From the IMG/VR virus record IMGVR_UViG_3300027770_000034: a stretch of DNA of 64,000 bases. One strand, written 5' to 3'. Of the stretch, positions 9,567 to 23,152 are shown piece by piece; the first letter of the stretch is position 1; the number at the start of each line of letters is the position of its first letter. The DNA is from a virus. Taxonomy: Duplodnaviria; Heunggongvirae; Uroviricota; Caudoviricetes. The position numbers were made by a program, and so were the translations under genes. Under the pieces are notes generated by a model. That model was not told where the DNA came from. It did not search any database and saw nothing but the letters and a program-made list of their open reading frames with translations.

Positions 9567-10314
9567 TTAAAGAATCACCATTCTTTTTAATAAGAAAATC
9601 ATATTCAGAAAGTGGATTTGTGAGTTCAATACTCCAATCCACTTTTTTTATTTCAGTAGATAACCAACTCATGTCAAAATCAAAGTTATCTAACGCCCAA
9701 GACTGAATGGTCTCATCCTCCGATTCTAAAGAATTATTATATACGGAAAAAATTGGTGATTCGTCTTCATCTTTTTTAGTTGACAAATTAAATGTAAGGG
9801 TGGTAACAGGATAAGTTGGTGGAATATTGTAAAAAATATGTTTTCCATAATAGTACAATAATCTACCTTGTCCTAATGAATACCCATGAGGAAACTCAGA
9901 ACAAACTAATAAACTACTATCATCAACTTCTTTAATAAAGTAATCATAATCGCAAGAAATGTTATTCTCATTAAAGTGGTTTATTTGTTTATGGTGATAA
10001 GAACAGTTGTCTGTGTTATGGTAAGTGTAGGATAATTCATCAAATGGAATCATGTGTTGGTCGTACTCAATAAGGTCTAAAGTGTGCGTTATTTTATTAT
10101 CAGTCAAATATTCTGAAAATTTATTTGAAAATTCATTAGAGATATCTGATAAGTTTAATAATGTTTTAGATGTGGTTTTACCTTTTACCAAAATAAAATT
10201 TTTACAGTCTACAAGATTAATTATTGATTGTTCTTCCTGAGGTATCTTTGAAATTATAAAATCTGCAAATAGATTTATTAAAAAAATTCTGCTTAATTGT
10301 TTTTTTATTGTCAT
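9559..10314 (-). CDS. hypothetical protein
   Basis: 251-aa minus-strand ORF. Confidence 0.5.
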   Translation of the reverse strand: MTIKKQLSRIFLINLFADFIISKIPQEEQSIINLVDCKNFILVKGKTTSKTLLNLSDISNEFSNKFSEYLTDNKITHTLDLIEYDQHMIPFDELSYTYHNTDNCSYHHKQINHFNENNISCDYDYFIKEVDDSSLLVCSEFPHGYSLGQGRLLYYYGKHIFYNIPPTYPVTTLTFNLSTKKDEDESPIFSVYNNSLESEDETIQSWALDNFDFDMSWLSTEIKKVDWSIELTNPLSEYDFLIKKNGDSLII

Positions 10315-10440
10315 TTTCTTTTTCTTCTGTTATTTATTGTAGTCCAAATTATAGTAAATTTAAAAATAAAAAGGAATAAAACTTTTCTGTAAATAACAAT
10401 GTTTCATTGTATTTATAGATTAAGAGAGAAAAAATAGTCC

Positions 10441-12593
<2,153 letters not shown>

Positions 12594-12594
<1 letters not shown>

Positions 12595-14522
12595 TGGCTA
12601 ATGTAATTATATATCCACAAGGAAATGGTAGTATAACTGACCCATATGTGATGATGGACGACGGTACTGCAAAGATGGCGCTTGATGTTCAAAGTGGTCA
12701 AATTGTAATGTCATCTTCAACAAATGCTAGTTCAACTACAATTGCCAATACTATTATTTCAAGTGGTACGTCAGTAACAGGCAACTTATTTGTTGGTGGT
12801 ACCAAAATGATTGATAATACAGGTGTTTGGGTTGGTCCAACAGCTGGAATTAAAGGGGGTCAAGGTTCTCAAGGAGGACAAGGAGCACAAGGGGCAACAG
12901 GTTCTCAGGGTGCTACAGGTAATCAAGGGGCTCAAGGTGGTCAAGGTTCTCAAGGAGGACAAGGAGCACAGGGGAACATAGGTAACACAGGAGCCCAAGG
13001 TAATATAGGAGCTCAAGGTAGTACAGGAGCTCAAGGTTCGCAAGGGGCTCAAGGGGCTGCAACAGGAGCTCAAGGTAACACAGGAGCTCAAGGAGCTCAA
13101 GGTTCTCAAGGGGCTCAAGGAGCTTCACAAGGTGCTCAAGGTGCTCAAGGTAATACAGGAGCTCAAGGGGCTCAAGGGGCTCAAGGTGCTTCACAAGGTG
13201 CACAGGGTAATGTAGGTAATACAGGAGCTCAAGGTGCTCAAGGTGCTCAAGGTGCCTCACAAGGAGCCCAAGGAAATACAGGTAATACAGGAGCACAAGG
13301 AGCTCAAGGAGCCCAAGGTGCTTCAACAGGAGCTCAAGGAGCTATAGGTAATACAGGTGCTCAAGGTGCTCAAGGAGCTCAAGGGGCGTCAACAGGAGCT
13401 CAAGGAGCCCAAGGTGCTCAAGGTGGTACTGGTTCACAAGGTGCTCAAGGTGCTTCAACAGGGGCACAAGGAGCTCAAGGAGCACAAGGTGGTACTGGTT
13501 CACAAGGAGCTCAGGGTGCTGCAACAGGAGCTCAAGGAGCCCAAGGAGCACAAGGAGGAAAAGGTTCACAAGGAGCTCAGGGTGGTTCAACAGGTGCTCA
13601 AGGTGCTCAAGGAGCTCAAGGTGGTGGAGGTTCAACAGGTGCTCAAGGTGGTTCAACAGGAGCTCAAGGAGCTCAAGGAGCACAAGGAGGAGGAGGTTCA
13701 ACAGGTGCTCAAGGTTCTGTAACAGGAGCCCAAGGTGCTCAAGGTGGTGGAGGTTCAACAGGTGCTCAAGGTGGAAATACAGGAGCTCAAGGAGCACAAG
13801 GTGGTGGAGGTTCTGCAGGTGCGACAGGAGCTCAAGGTTCAACACCAGGTGCACCAGGAAATCAAGGAGCACAAGGCTCAACACAAGGAGCAACAGGTGC
13901 TGCGGGAAGTACTACAGGAGCTCAAGGTTCACAAGGTGGGGGAGGTCCAACAGGAGGTCAAGGAGCCCAAGGTTCTCAGGGAGGTGTAGGAGATGGTGGG
14001 AATACAGGCGCCACAGGTCCTACGGGTCCTCAAGGCTCAACAGGAGCTCAAGGAGGTGGTGGTCCACAAGGTGCTCAAGGAGGTCCAGGTGGTCAAGGTC
14101 CTCAAGGAGCTCAAGGTTCAACAGGACCTCAAGGTGCTCCAGGACCTCAAGGTGCTCAAGGTACTACAGGTCCTCCATCTGACATGAGACTGAAAGATAA
14201 TATCAAAAAAATTGATAATGTTTATTCTAAAACAAAAAGTGTTGAAGGTGTTAGTTTTATATGGGACCATGAGCATACAAAAATTAAAGATGACAAGAGT
14301 ATTGCAGTACAAGAAGCATTTAAAGGGCCAGCGATTGGTTTAATTGCTCAGCAAGTAGAAAATGTGGTTCCTGAATTAGTATTTACTGATGATGATGGAT
14401 TTAAATCAATTGAATATGGTGCGATGGTAAGTCTTGGATTTGGTTCAATACAAGAACAACAAAAAATAATTGATTCTATTTATCAAAGAATAAACAAACT
14501 TAAAGAATTAATAGGTGGCTGA
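12594..14522 (+). CDS. collagen-like tail fiber protein with C-terminal intramolecular-chaperone (Peptidase_S74) domain
   Basis: G-X-Y repeats, then [16 protein letters not shown]...GVSFIWD...[16 protein letters not shown]. Coupled to its neighbours (ATGG overlap). Confidence 0.8.
12840..14170 (+). repeat. collagen-like codon-periodic nucleotide repeat
   Basis: Same repeat class as in fiber gene 1. Confidence 0.9.
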
Positions 14523-16368
14523 AAATATAATAATAACTCCAGCGTCGGGTAAATTTGATTTTTATGATACTGCTAGTACGGTAACTACTTTGGTTATTGA
14601 AACAGGGTCAGTTAAATTTAAAAGAGGAGCAACAACTTACTTGGCTTTTAATTCAACTCAGCCAACAATCACAATTCCAAGTGCTGATTTAAGACTAGGT
14701 ACGTCTTTAATTAATACTTTTGGAACAATTATAGATAGTACAGGATGGAAAGGAGCCGCTCAACCAACAGGACCTCAAGGTAATACAGGAGCTCAAGGTA
14801 ATACAGGTAATACAGGTGCTCAAGGAGCTCAAGGTAATACAGGTAATACAGGTGCTCAAGGTAATATAGGTAATACAGGTGCTCAAGGTAATACAGGTGC
14901 TCAAGGAGCTCAAGGTGGTACAGGTGCCCAAGGTTCAACAGGTGCCCAAGGTTCAACAGGAGGACAAGGCTCTCAAGGAGGACAAGGTGCTCAAGGTGGT
15001 AAAGGTGCTCAAGGTTCAACAGGAGGTCAAGGTGCTCAAGGAGCTCAAGGAGGTACAGGTGCCCAAGGAGCTCAAGGTTCAACAGGAGGTCAAGGAGCTC
15101 AAGGAGCTCAAGGTGGTACAGGTGCTCAAGGTGCCCAAGGAGGAACAGGAGGTCAAGGAGCCCAAGGAGCTCAAGGAGGACAAGGAGCTCAAGGTGCTCA
15201 AGGAGGTACTGGAGGTCAAGGTGCTCAAGGTGCTCAAGGAGGACAAGGAGCCCAAGGAGGTAAAGGTACGACAGGAGGTCAAGGAGCTCAAGGTGCTCAA
15301 GGTGGTGGTGGAGCAATTGGAAACCAAGGAGCACAAGGAGGTCAAGGAGCTCAAGGTGCTCAAGGTGGTGGAGGTGCTACAGGTAACCAAGGTGCTCAAG
15401 GTGGACAAGGTTCACAAGGTACTGCAGGTGGTGGCGGAGCAACAGGTAACCAAGGAGCACAAGGAGGTCAAGGAGCCCAAGGAGCCCAAGGTGGTGGCGG
15501 AGCAACAGGTAACCAAGGAGCACAAGGAGGTCAAGGAGCCCAAGGAGCCCAAGGTGGTGGAGGAGCAACAGGAGCCCAAGGTTCACAAGGTGGACAAGGT
15601 TCACAAGGTGGTGGAGGAGCAACAGGAGCCCAAGGTTCACAAGGTGGACAAGGTTCACAAGGTGGTGGAGGTTCAACAGGAGCCCAAGGAGCTCAAGGTT
15701 CACAAGGAGGTCAAGGTTCACAAGGTGGACAAGGAGCTCAAGGAGGACAAGGTGCTCAAGGTTCACAAGGAGGACAAGGGTCTCAAGGTCCCGCTGGCGC
15801 AACAGGTGTTCCAGGTGGTTCACCAACAGGTGCTACTGGACCAAGAGGTTCACAAGGAGGGCAGGGAGCTCAAGGTGGTGGAGGACCAACAGGGGCACAA
15901 GGTTCACAAGGTGGAGGAGGTGGACAAGGAGCTCAAGGTGGTGGAGGTCCTCAAGGTGGACAAGGAGCTCAAGGTGGTGCAGGTCCCCAAGGAGCTCAAG
16001 GTAACCAAGGAGCTCAAGGATTAATTGGTCCTACAGGTCCTTCAGACATTAGATTTAAAAAAGACATTAGGCTTTTAAAAGATTCAATAAAGAAAATTAA
16101 AAAAATTAGAGGAGTTAGTTTCTTTTGGATTAAAGACGGTGAAAATCCTGATATAACAAAAAGAGATATTGGATTTATCGCTCAAGAATTGAAAGTAGCA
16201 TTACCTGAGGTAGTAGTTGGAGAAGAACCAAAATACCTTACTGTAAAATATCAAGATATAGTGGCACTTTGTATTGAAGCAATTAAAGAACAAGCATTTG
16301 TAATAGAAACAAGTTTAAATAAGTTAGAAAAATTAGAATTAATAGCAAAAGAAAAGGGACTAGTTTAA
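14515..16368 (+). CDS. collagen-like tail fiber protein with C-terminal intramolecular-chaperone (Peptidase_S74) domain
   Basis: G-X-Y repeats, then [15 protein letters not shown]...GVSFFW...[15 protein letters not shown]. Confidence 0.8.
   Translation: MAENIIITPASGKFDFYDTASTVTTLVIETGSVKFKRGATTYLAFNSTQPTITIPSADLRLGTSLINTFGTIIDSTGWKGAAQPTGPQGNTGAQGNTGNTGAQGAQGNTGNTGAQGNIGNTGAQGNTGAQGAQGGTGAQGSTGAQGSTGGQGSQGGQGAQGGKGAQGSTGGQGAQGAQGGTGAQGAQGSTGGQGAQGAQGGTGAQGAQGGTGGQGAQGAQGGQGAQGAQGGTGGQGAQGAQGGQGAQGGKGTTGGQGAQGAQGGGGAIGNQGAQGGQGAQGAQGGGGATGNQGAQGGQGSQGTAGGGGATGNQGAQGGQGAQGAQGGGGATGNQGAQGGQGAQGAQGGGGATGAQGSQGGQGSQGGGGATGAQGSQGGQGSQGGGGSTGAQGAQGSQGGQGSQGGQGAQGGQGAQGSQGGQGSQGPAGATGVPGGSPTGATGPRGSQGGQGAQGGGGPTGAQGSQGGGGGQGAQGGGGPQGGQGAQGGAGPQGAQGNQGAQGLIGPTGPSDIRFKKDIRLLKDSIKKIKKIRGVSFFWIKDGENPDITKRDIGFIAQELKVALPEVVVGEEPKYLTVKYQDIVALCIEAIKEQAFVIETSLNKLEKLELIAKEKGLV
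14760..16030 (+). repeat. collagen-like codon-periodic nucleotide repeat
   Basis: Same repeat class as in fiber gene 1. Confidence 0.9.
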
Positions 16369-16381
16369 GTCCCTTTTTTTA
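16356..16381. terminator. bidirectional Rho-independent terminator
   Basis: GGGAC TAGTTTAA GTCCC plus T7. It lies between the convergent fiber operon (+) and the minus-strand gene block. Confidence 0.7.
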
Positions 16382-17217
16382 TTTATAATACTTTCAATTT
16401 CATCTTTTGTTTTATATAACATTGTTAAAAATCTTGGCCAGATTTTTGGATTATATTTTTTAATTAATTGAATATAATTTAAGAAATAAGGAATATCGTT
16501 CGGCATTTTAATGTAATCAGCCAAATGAGGGTTATTTGTAATTAGGTCATCCAACACTTTGCTAATTTCATTATCATTAACATACTCATCATTAATCTTG
16601 TAAAGAATATCAGTTGAGACTTTAGTAAGTTTTTCGCCTTTAGCGAAATATCTTAATATGTTTTTAAATGATTTATTAAGATATTTTCTATTATCTTCAT
16701 TTCTAATTCTTTCAGACCTTCTTTTAAATTCAAGAACTAAACCTTCCAAAAATTCATTTGTTATTGCAAAGAATTCAATTGGATGTCCCCAATATTGTTC
16801 ATCCGATTTTTCGTTATAAGTTGTTTGATATTTTTGATTTAATTTTGTTGTTTGAGTTGGGTCAATTGCATGAATCAATTCATGGTATAATGTTAAATAA
16901 AGATTCTTTTTTGATTCATAAAACTTTGGATTAACTTCAATGAAGACATCCATAGGGTCTCTTGAATCTTTTGGCTTGGTTCCCATATAACCGATATACT
17001 TTAATCTTGGATTAACTCTAAGTTGAACTTGTCCTTGAGTTCCGTCTTTTAAAGTTATTGGTATGTAGTCAACAATTGTTTTACCTTTGTATTCTATATT
17101 TCTGTCATTCCAAAGTTTATCTACAACAGAATGAATTTTGGCATAAGTCTTTGGGTCAAACTTATGTCTTTTTTGTTCGGTAATAACATCAGATAATATC
17201 GGTATGAATTTTATCAT
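16360..17217 (-). CDS. hypothetical protein with HExxH motif (putative zincin-like metallopeptidase)
   Basis: YHELIHAID motif. 285 aa. Confidence 0.45.
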   Translation of the reverse strand: MIKFIPILSDVITEQKRHKFDPKTYAKIHSVVDKLWNDRNIEYKGKTIVDYIPITLKDGTQGQVQLRVNPRLKYIGYMGTKPKDSRDPMDVFIEVNPKFYESKKNLYLTLYHELIHAIDPTQTTKLNQKYQTTYNEKSDEQYWGHPIEFFAITNEFLEGLVLEFKRRSERIRNEDNRKYLNKSFKNILRYFAKGEKLTKVSTDILYKINDEYVNDNEISKVLDDLITNNPHLADYIKMPNDIPYFLNYIQLIKKYNPKIWPRFLTMLYKTKDEIESIINKKRDLN

Positions 17218-18005
17218 TTATCTAAATCCGTGCTCCAATCTATTGGAATTCTTTTTGGTTTAATCTTTCCTGAATAAGAATCAAATGTTTCTTTAAAAGG
17301 AAGTTGGGCTTGTTTGATATCTTTGATTCTTGTCATGTCATCACCGATACCTGTAGATAAATATGCTTGAATCTCATCATCCACAACATTATCACCATAA
17401 CCCATTCCTGTTATCTTTTTGGCAACAGAGTTTCTAACACGAGGTTCCATTCTTTCAATATTTCTATATTGCTTTGCTTTATAAACTGAATTAACAAACC
17501 ATAACCCGTGAGCAACCTCATGAAAAATTAATGATGGGTCATCACCAGTTGATTGGTCAATACCAATAAGGTAATAGTTATCACCACCAACCTTGGATTT
17601 AATTGTATCAACAACACTGAACATAATTAAATCATAGAAATTAATGTCAGGAATTTTTGCAATACAAGATTCAATTGAAGTACATGGGACATTGTAACCA
17701 GCCCAATCTTCATGATATGAGAAATAATCCTTCTTTGTCTTCTCTTTATAAAACTTAACGTAGTCTTGCCATTTGAAACCTTGACCTCTAAATGAATCTG
17801 AATCTGATTCGTAGAATTCTTGGTATCTCATGAATACTCTGGCTCTTAACTTATCATCTTTAATGACAAGTGCATAAATCTTTGGATACATCTCAAACAA
17901 TTCAATCTGACCTAAGATGTTCTTAATATTCTTTGGCGGAGTTTTACGTGGGGTAAATCCTCTTTGTTCTTCAAGAATTCTTAATATGTTATTAACTATA
18001 TTCAC
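17214..18005 (-). CDS. hypothetical protein with HExxH motif (putative zincin-like metallopeptidase)
   Basis: IFHEVAHGLWF motif. 4-nt overlap with the downstream gene. Confidence 0.45.
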   Translation of the reverse strand: MNIVNNILRILEEQRGFTPRKTPPKNIKNILGQIELFEMYPKIYALVIKDDKLRARVFMRYQEFYESDSDSFRGQGFKWQDYVKFYKEKTKKDYFSYHEDWAGYNVPCTSIESCIAKIPDINFYDLIMFSVVDTIKSKVGGDNYYLIGIDQSTGDDPSLIFHEVAHGLWFVNSVYKAKQYRNIERMEPRVRNSVAKKITGMGYGDNVVDDEIQAYLSTGIGDDMTRIKDIKQAQLPFKETFDSYSGKIKPKRIPIDWSTDLDK

Positions 18006-19012
18006 TAAATGTATTCCTTGAAATATTCGTTTATGTTTTTATCTACCTTACGACTATCAGGATAATCAGGTGCTTGTGCACTTAGACAATCCCTGTCTTC
18101 TTTCATTATTTCTATAAAGTTTCCATGAAATTCTAAAGTACCTGAATTACCATACCCCTTATTGTTAAATAGATAGTCATTAACTTGTTCCTCAAAGTCT
18201 TTTATTGGTATTTTAAAGTATTGAATTTCAGTGTTCTTCTTATATGGGTGGGGTTTACTAATCCATTCACCATTACCCTCAAAATAAGTCTCTAATTCAC
18301 TCCATATTTCGGACCAAACTTCTTCTTCATATGCTGAATTATATGCAGAACTATGGATGGAATACAATTCACTTTTCAAATCACTCAATTGGTCATTAAG
18401 TAATTCTTTCATAGTTTCTTCATCGTCAATTATTCTTTTAACATTTTCCATATTCACCTCAACATATTCAGGATGACCTTGTTCTAATGCGATGAGTTGA
18501 AGCTCATCAGTGTCTGCAGATACTTGTTGACCATTTAAGATGTTGACAATATATTCACCAAGTCTTTTGTCATTCTCAGGTGTTAATTCTTCAATTACGT
18601 CACTATAAACATCTTGAGTTGTGTCCCAATAAGGTTCAAATGCGTCTCCATCACCAGATAAAATATTTTCAATCGTATCTCTTGACAAATCATATCTGTG
18701 ACCATCACAGAACAATTTTGCCAAATCACCTCTATCTGTAATTTCCAAGTAAGCATTACCATTTTCAAAAATTACATCACCCAATAAACTTGGAATCCAT
18801 TTATAATATTTTTCTCTATCGTTTTCATATAACCAAAGAAGATACTCGTTTTGCCAATGCTCACCGCCATCAGCATTCTTCGGGTCAACTTCACCCATAA
18901 GTCCTCTCTTCTTCAATATGTTGAAAAACGTATCATAGTCGTTAAAATACTTCTGAACGTCTAAGTCATTATTATTGAATTTTTCCACCATGTCATCCCA
19001 AGAATATTCCAT
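18005..19012 (-). CDS. hypothetical protein
   Basis: Start trimmed to the second ATG (MEYSWDD...). The first 9 codons of the longest ORF lie inside the terminator hairpin of the upstream gene. Confidence 0.5.
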   Translation of the reverse strand: MEYSWDDMVEKFNNNDLDVQKYFNDYDTFFNILKKRGLMGEVDPKNADGGEHWQNEYLLWLYENDREKYYKWIPSLLGDVIFENGNAYLEITDRGDLAKLFCDGHRYDLSRDTIENILSGDGDAFEPYWDTTQDVYSDVIEELTPENDKRLGEYIVNILNGQQVSADTDELQLIALEQGHPEYVEVNMENVKRIIDDEETMKELLNDQLSDLKSELYSIHSSAYNSAYEEEVWSEIWSELETYFEGNGEWISKPHPYKKNTEIQYFKIPIKDFEEQVNDYLFNNKGYGNSGTLEFHGNFIEIMKEDRDCLSAQAPDYPDSRKVDKNINEYFKEYI

Positions 19013-19026
19013 AACATATAAATACA

Positions 19027-19052
19027 AAAAAAGGGACATTTTATTGTCCCTT
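19027..19052 (-). terminator. Rho-independent terminator (minus strand)
   Basis: Minus-strand reading: GGGACAATAAAATGTCCC plus T7, downstream of the small ORF 19075..19260. Confidence 0.6.
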
Positions 19053-19074
19053 CTAATACTTTTTTCAAAATCAG

Positions 19075-19260
19075 TTATCCTTTAACCCAACCATTGGTGT
19101 TTGTTTTGTTTACGTTGTAGTATTTTTCTACAGTTTTTTTAATTGCAGATTTAATACTTTCGTTTTGGTTTTGTTTTGCCTGTTGTACTTGTTGCACCTC
19201 TTGAGGTGTTTGTGGCTGAGGAGGAGTTTGACCGCCATTACCTTTGCATCCGCATCCCAT
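19075..19260 (-). CDS. small Gln/Pro-rich hypothetical protein
   Basis: 61-aa protein beginning MGCGCKGNGG, followed by its own terminator. Confidence 0.35.
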   Translation of the reverse strand: MGCGCKGNGGQTPPQPQTPQEVQQVQQAKQNQNESIKSAIKKTVEKYYNVNKTNTNGWVKG

Positions 19261-19348
19261 GATTATTAAATTTTGTTTTGTTTATTATTATAAATATGTT
19301 TGTAATCCAATTATACAATACAAAAGATATTTATTAAATAAAAGTTGA

Positions 19349-21109
19349 ATGAAATTTTCAGAAATTATATTAGAAAACAGAATTGATGATTTTAAAAACA
19401 CTTATTCAAGGAAGTATACGCCAGAACAACTCAAAAAAATTATTGATTTAATTCCTCAAAAGTTTTTGATGTGGGTAGGTAAAAACTTTGATAGTGTTAA
19501 TTTCAATGAAAATTTTCCACCACTACAAAACGCCTTAAACACATTTGTAAAAATTGGGAGTAATCTTCCACAGACTGATTTGAATGAATACAAAAATGTT
19601 GGACAACTCATAGAGGCAATAAAAGATTATGAAGGTAAAGTCAGAAGAGAAGTTAAAAAAGTTGAAGGCGGGAATGTTGTTTATGAAGACCCAAGATTTT
19701 TTGTTGTTAATCCATTAACTCATCAATCATCATGTTATTATGGTAAGGGTACTAAGTGGTGTACCGCAGCAGATACCGATTATCAATTCAATCAATATAA
19801 TCAAGATGGGAAGTTATTTTATATTTTAGATAAAACTAAACAAACAAATGACCCTTACTATAAGATTGCAATACTTCAAAAGTTTAATGGGGATAATACG
19901 GTGTATGACGCTAAAGATGAAACAATAACTAACTTAAAAGAAATTTTTGGAGAAGAAAATTATAGTAATTTGAATTCATCTATTCAAACTTATCTTGAGG
20001 AACAATATAGTGAACAATTGAAAATATGGAGAGACAAAGATGCTGCCAAAAAGGAGAGAGAAAGAATAGAAAGGTTAAGACAACAAAGGGTGTTAGACCA
20101 AAGAACAGAAGAATCTGAAGAAAGAAGATTAGAGAATGAATGGGAATTGAATCCTAGTTGTCCTGAAGAAGGTTTGAAGGCACATGCTTTATTAGAATTT
20201 TTAGTTGATAATAATGACGTTGAGGCTTGGACAAACGAAGATAGAGCAGAAATTTTAAGATTTCAAAATGAAATTGAAAGACTTCAATCTGAATATGATA
20301 ATAGTGAAGATGTAAGAACAGATTTATTAGATGAAATTAGTGATTTAGAAGATGAGATTGAAAGTGTTAGTGAAAACAAAATTGATGTTTATAATATTAT
20401 TCCAAATGGAACCCACTATGATACAACAGAGTTTGAAGTTATTAATGCTGGTTTAGATGATAGAAGATATGCAGTAGGTAATGAAGATGAAATGCAAAGT
20501 AGTTCTTATGAAGCGGTTGAAAACTTAATTGACGACATTGGGTATGAAGGATTCAACGCAAGTTTCGCAAGACAACATATAGATGAAGACGCTGTTGCAG
20601 ATTATGCTGAAGAAACTTATGAAGATGATGTTAGACAAAATCCTGACGTTTATTTTGATGACAGTCAAAGACTATTGTCTGATGAGCAAGATGAAAAAAT
20701 TGGTATTTTGAAAATGAGAATATCTCAGACTCAGAAATTAATTTCTAATTTTGAAGAACAGGACGATGGTGAAGATGATGAATCAATTGAAGAAAAAATT
20801 GATGAATTAACTGATTTGATTGTTGAATATGAAGATGAGATTGATGAAATTGAAAATTCACCAGAAGGAGAATTTCCTAATGATTTAATTGATGATAAAG
20901 TTCAAGAATTGGTTAGTGATGTTAGACGTGACCCTGAATCGTTCATGAATGACTTTGGATTAGATTGGGAACATTATATTGATAAAGATGAATTTATTCA
21001 AGACGTTATTGACACAGACGGGTATGGACATACAATTAATAGTTACGATGGAAGCGCTGAAGAAGTAACTATTCAAGACCAGTTATTTTATGTAATGAGA
21101 ATTGATTAA
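19349..21109 (+). CDS. large acidic hypothetical protein with shared Cys/Trp domain
   Basis: 586 aa, very D/E-rich in the C-terminal half. CYYGKGTKWCTAADTDYQFNQYNQDGKLFYIL block is paralogous to the protein at 4502..5821. Confidence 0.55.
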   Translation: MKFSEIILENRIDDFKNTYSRKYTPEQLKKIIDLIPQKFLMWVGKNFDSVNFNENFPPLQNALNTFVKIGSNLPQTDLNEYKNVGQLIEAIKDYEGKVRREVKKVEGGNVVYEDPRFFVVNPLTHQSSCYYGKGTKWCTAADTDYQFNQYNQDGKLFYILDKTKQTNDPYYKIAILQKFNGDNTVYDAKDETITNLKEIFGEENYSNLNSSIQTYLEEQYSEQLKIWRDKDAAKKERERIERLRQQRVLDQRTEESEERRLENEWELNPSCPEEGLKAHALLEFLVDNNDVEAWTNEDRAEILRFQNEIERLQSEYDNSEDVRTDLLDEISDLEDEIESVSENKIDVYNIIPNGTHYDTTEFEVINAGLDDRRYAVGNEDEMQSSSYEAVENLIDDIGYEGFNASFARQHIDEDAVADYAEETYEDDVRQNPDVYFDDSQRLLSDEQDEKIGILKMRISQTQKLISNFEEQDDGEDDESIEEKIDELTDLIVEYEDEIDEIENSPEGEFPNDLIDDKVQELVSDVRRDPESFMNDFGLDWEHYIDKDEFIQDVIDTDGYGHTINSYDGSAEEVTIQDQLFYVMRID

Positions 21110-21136
21110 CCAAATAACCAATATTATATTTGTCAA

Positions 21137-21916
21137 ATGGGAAGAAAGAAAAAAACATCATTCAAACTAAGTCCTGAGTGGATGTTAAAAGAACCAATAG
21201 ATTTTGAATACAACAAATATACATTATTGGATTATCTCCAAAAGTGTGAGAAAAGATTCAATAATTTAGAAATATATCCTGACTTTGTTGAATTGTCCTT
21301 ACATTTAGCAAATATACAGTCCTTGGTTAAAGAGAATACTCTGCTTTTAACAAATAAGAAATTTGAATCTTGTGATGACGAAATTTTGGTTAAAGAACTT
21401 GTTGCCAAAAAACCAAGAGAGTTAACTAAAGATGAAGAAGGTGAGCTAGATAAAACAATTCGTTATTCGGGTAATAGGTTATTTGATGCATTCAATGCTG
21501 CAAAATCAATTTGGAATTTAGCCTACGACAATTTAGATATTTCAATTAAAAAAAATAAGAAAAACTTAAGTGGTGGTTTGGGTTACATATACTTTTATAA
21601 TAAAGAAGTTAACAAAGTCATGGTTTGGCAATATGAAATTAAAAAACCAAAAGGAGATAGAAGTAATGATAAAACTTATCTTAAATTAATTCACGAAGGA
21701 CAACCAAGTGATATAACACTACTTCATATCATTGAAACATTTTCTACATGGACGAATGTTGAAGGGTTTAAAGAATTTCCAATATTTGAAGCAAGATGTA
21801 CACAGCCATTCCCAATGGAAGAAACTCTCATACCAATCATGAAACGCAAAATTATGGCTTATGTCTTTCAAATAGTTAACTATGAAAAGATAAATAATTT
21901 TGACTCTGAAGAATAA
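21137..21916 (+). CDS. hypothetical protein
   Basis: 259-aa ORF. Confidence 0.5.
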   Translation: MGRKKKTSFKLSPEWMLKEPIDFEYNKYTLLDYLQKCEKRFNNLEIYPDFVELSLHLANIQSLVKENTLLLTNKKFESCDDEILVKELVAKKPRELTKDEEGELDKTIRYSGNRLFDAFNAAKSIWNLAYDNLDISIKKNKKNLSGGLGYIYFYNKEVNKVMVWQYEIKKPKGDRSNDKTYLKLIHEGQPSDITLLHIIETFSTWTNVEGFKEFPIFEARCTQPFPMEETLIPIMKRKIMAYVFQIVNYEKINNFDSEE

Positions 21917-21934
21917 TTCATTTATATTTTATAA

Positions 21935-22150
21935 ATGGGATTCAACAAAAGACATGTGGACCTTGATAACTGTATTGAGGCACTTAAAAACAATAATTTA
22001 AGAGGATATTACGGAAAAAGTGATATGTTATATTTTGAAGATGACTTATCTTCAAGAATACATGATTTATTTTTAGAGGGGAAAACTGATGCAGAAATTT
22101 TATTAATTATAAACCAAAACATGGAGGAACAAACCAATGAAGTGTATTAA
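21935..22150 (+). CDS. hypothetical protein
   Basis: 71-aa ORF. Confidence 0.4.
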   Translation: MGFNKRHVDLDNCIEALKNNNLRGYYGKSDMLYFEDDLSSRIHDLFLEGKTDAEILLIINQNMEEQTNEVY

Positions 22151-22376
22151 ATCAATCAGAACGTCTAAGGACGTAGAATTAGGTGACATCAAAAGAGTTG
22201 ATGACAAAACCGCAATGAACATGGTCGGCTTAAGCTGGCAATATGTTTCCAAAACAGAATGGAAATTATCAAGAGGTAAGAAAGTTGTTGAAGAAACTGC
22301 AACAGAACAAACCACAGAACAAGTGGAAAAGAAACCGTACAAGAAAGGTTCTAAACCAGAAAAGAAATCCAAGTAA
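22137..22376 (+). CDS. small Lys-rich hypothetical protein
   Basis: 79-aa ORF that overlaps the previous stop (ATGA). Basic K/E-rich tail. Confidence 0.35.
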   Translation: MKCIKSIRTSKDVELGDIKRVDDKTAMNMVGLSWQYVSKTEWKLSRGKKVVEETATEQTTEQVEKKPYKKGSKPEKKSK

Positions 22377-22493
22377 TGAAAAAGTTATTAAGAAAATTAG
22401 ACTGGATTTGGGATTATTATTTTGTATACTTCCTATACAATGGTAATAGAACACAAGATTACATTGATTACATGGAAAAAAAATGGGGAAAAA

Positions 22494-22718
22494 ATGAGTA
22501 AAGAAATGGTAAATGGACCTGCTCACTATGGTGGTGTAGATAATCCATATGAAGTAATTAAAGTTTGTGAAGCATGGGGATTAGATTTGGATGCATATCT
22601 TTTCAATGTAGTAAAGTATGTTGCAAGGGCGGGCAAGAAAGATAATACAAAAGAACTTGAAGACTTGAAAAAAGCCGCATTTTATTTAGACCGTAAAATT
22701 AAAAACTTAGAGAAATGA
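22494..22718 (+). CDS. DUF3310 family protein
   Basis: MSKEMVNGPAHYGG..YEVIKVCEAWGL..YLFNVVKYVARAGKK....DLKKAAFYLDRKI matches the phage DUF3310 signature (HY...IEVI...W.L.F..GNAIKYI.RAG.K......DL.KA.WYL.R). Confidence 0.6.
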   Translation: MSKEMVNGPAHYGGVDNPYEVIKVCEAWGLDLDAYLFNVVKYVARAGKKDNTKELEDLKKAAFYLDRKIKNLEK

Positions 22719-23152
22719 TTTATTGGTTAACAGGCCAACCTGGTGCAGGTAAGACTACTTTAGGAAATTGGTTAATAGCAGCATTACAGGGAGACGCAGT
22801 ATTGGTTGATGGCGATGACATCAGAGAAATCTTTGAGAATAAAGACTATAGTGAACAAGGACGTAGAAAGAATATTGAGTTAGCACAAAATATTTCTCAT
22901 TTTTTACACAATAAAAAAATGAACTCAGTAGTTTGCTTAGTGTCACCCTACAGAGACCAAAGAGAAAGTTTTAAAGAAAAGATAGGAAAAGATATTGTTG
23001 AACTTTACATCCATACCAATGAGATTAGAGGTAGAGAATCGTTTCATGTTGAAGGATATGAACAACCTTTAGAGAATTTTATTGATGTTGATACAACAAA
23101 TAAAAAAGTTTTTGATACCCTTCAAGAAATCAGAGTCAAATTAAAAATATAA
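22715..23152 (+). CDS. adenylyl-sulfate (APS) kinase-like P-loop kinase
   Basis: YWLTGQPGAGKTT...LVDGDDIRE...VVCLVSPYRDQRE parallels the APS kinase (CysC) segments IWLTGLSGAGKTT / LDGDNIRQGLN / VCITSFISPYxxDR. It is shorter than canonical CysC. Confidence 0.65.
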   Translation: MIYWLTGQPGAGKTTLGNWLIAALQGDAVLVDGDDIREIFENKDYSEQGRRKNIELAQNISHFLHNKKMNSVVCLVSPYRDQRESFKEKIGKDIVELYIHTNEIRGRESFHVEGYEQPLENFIDVDTTNKKVFDTLQEIRVKLKI

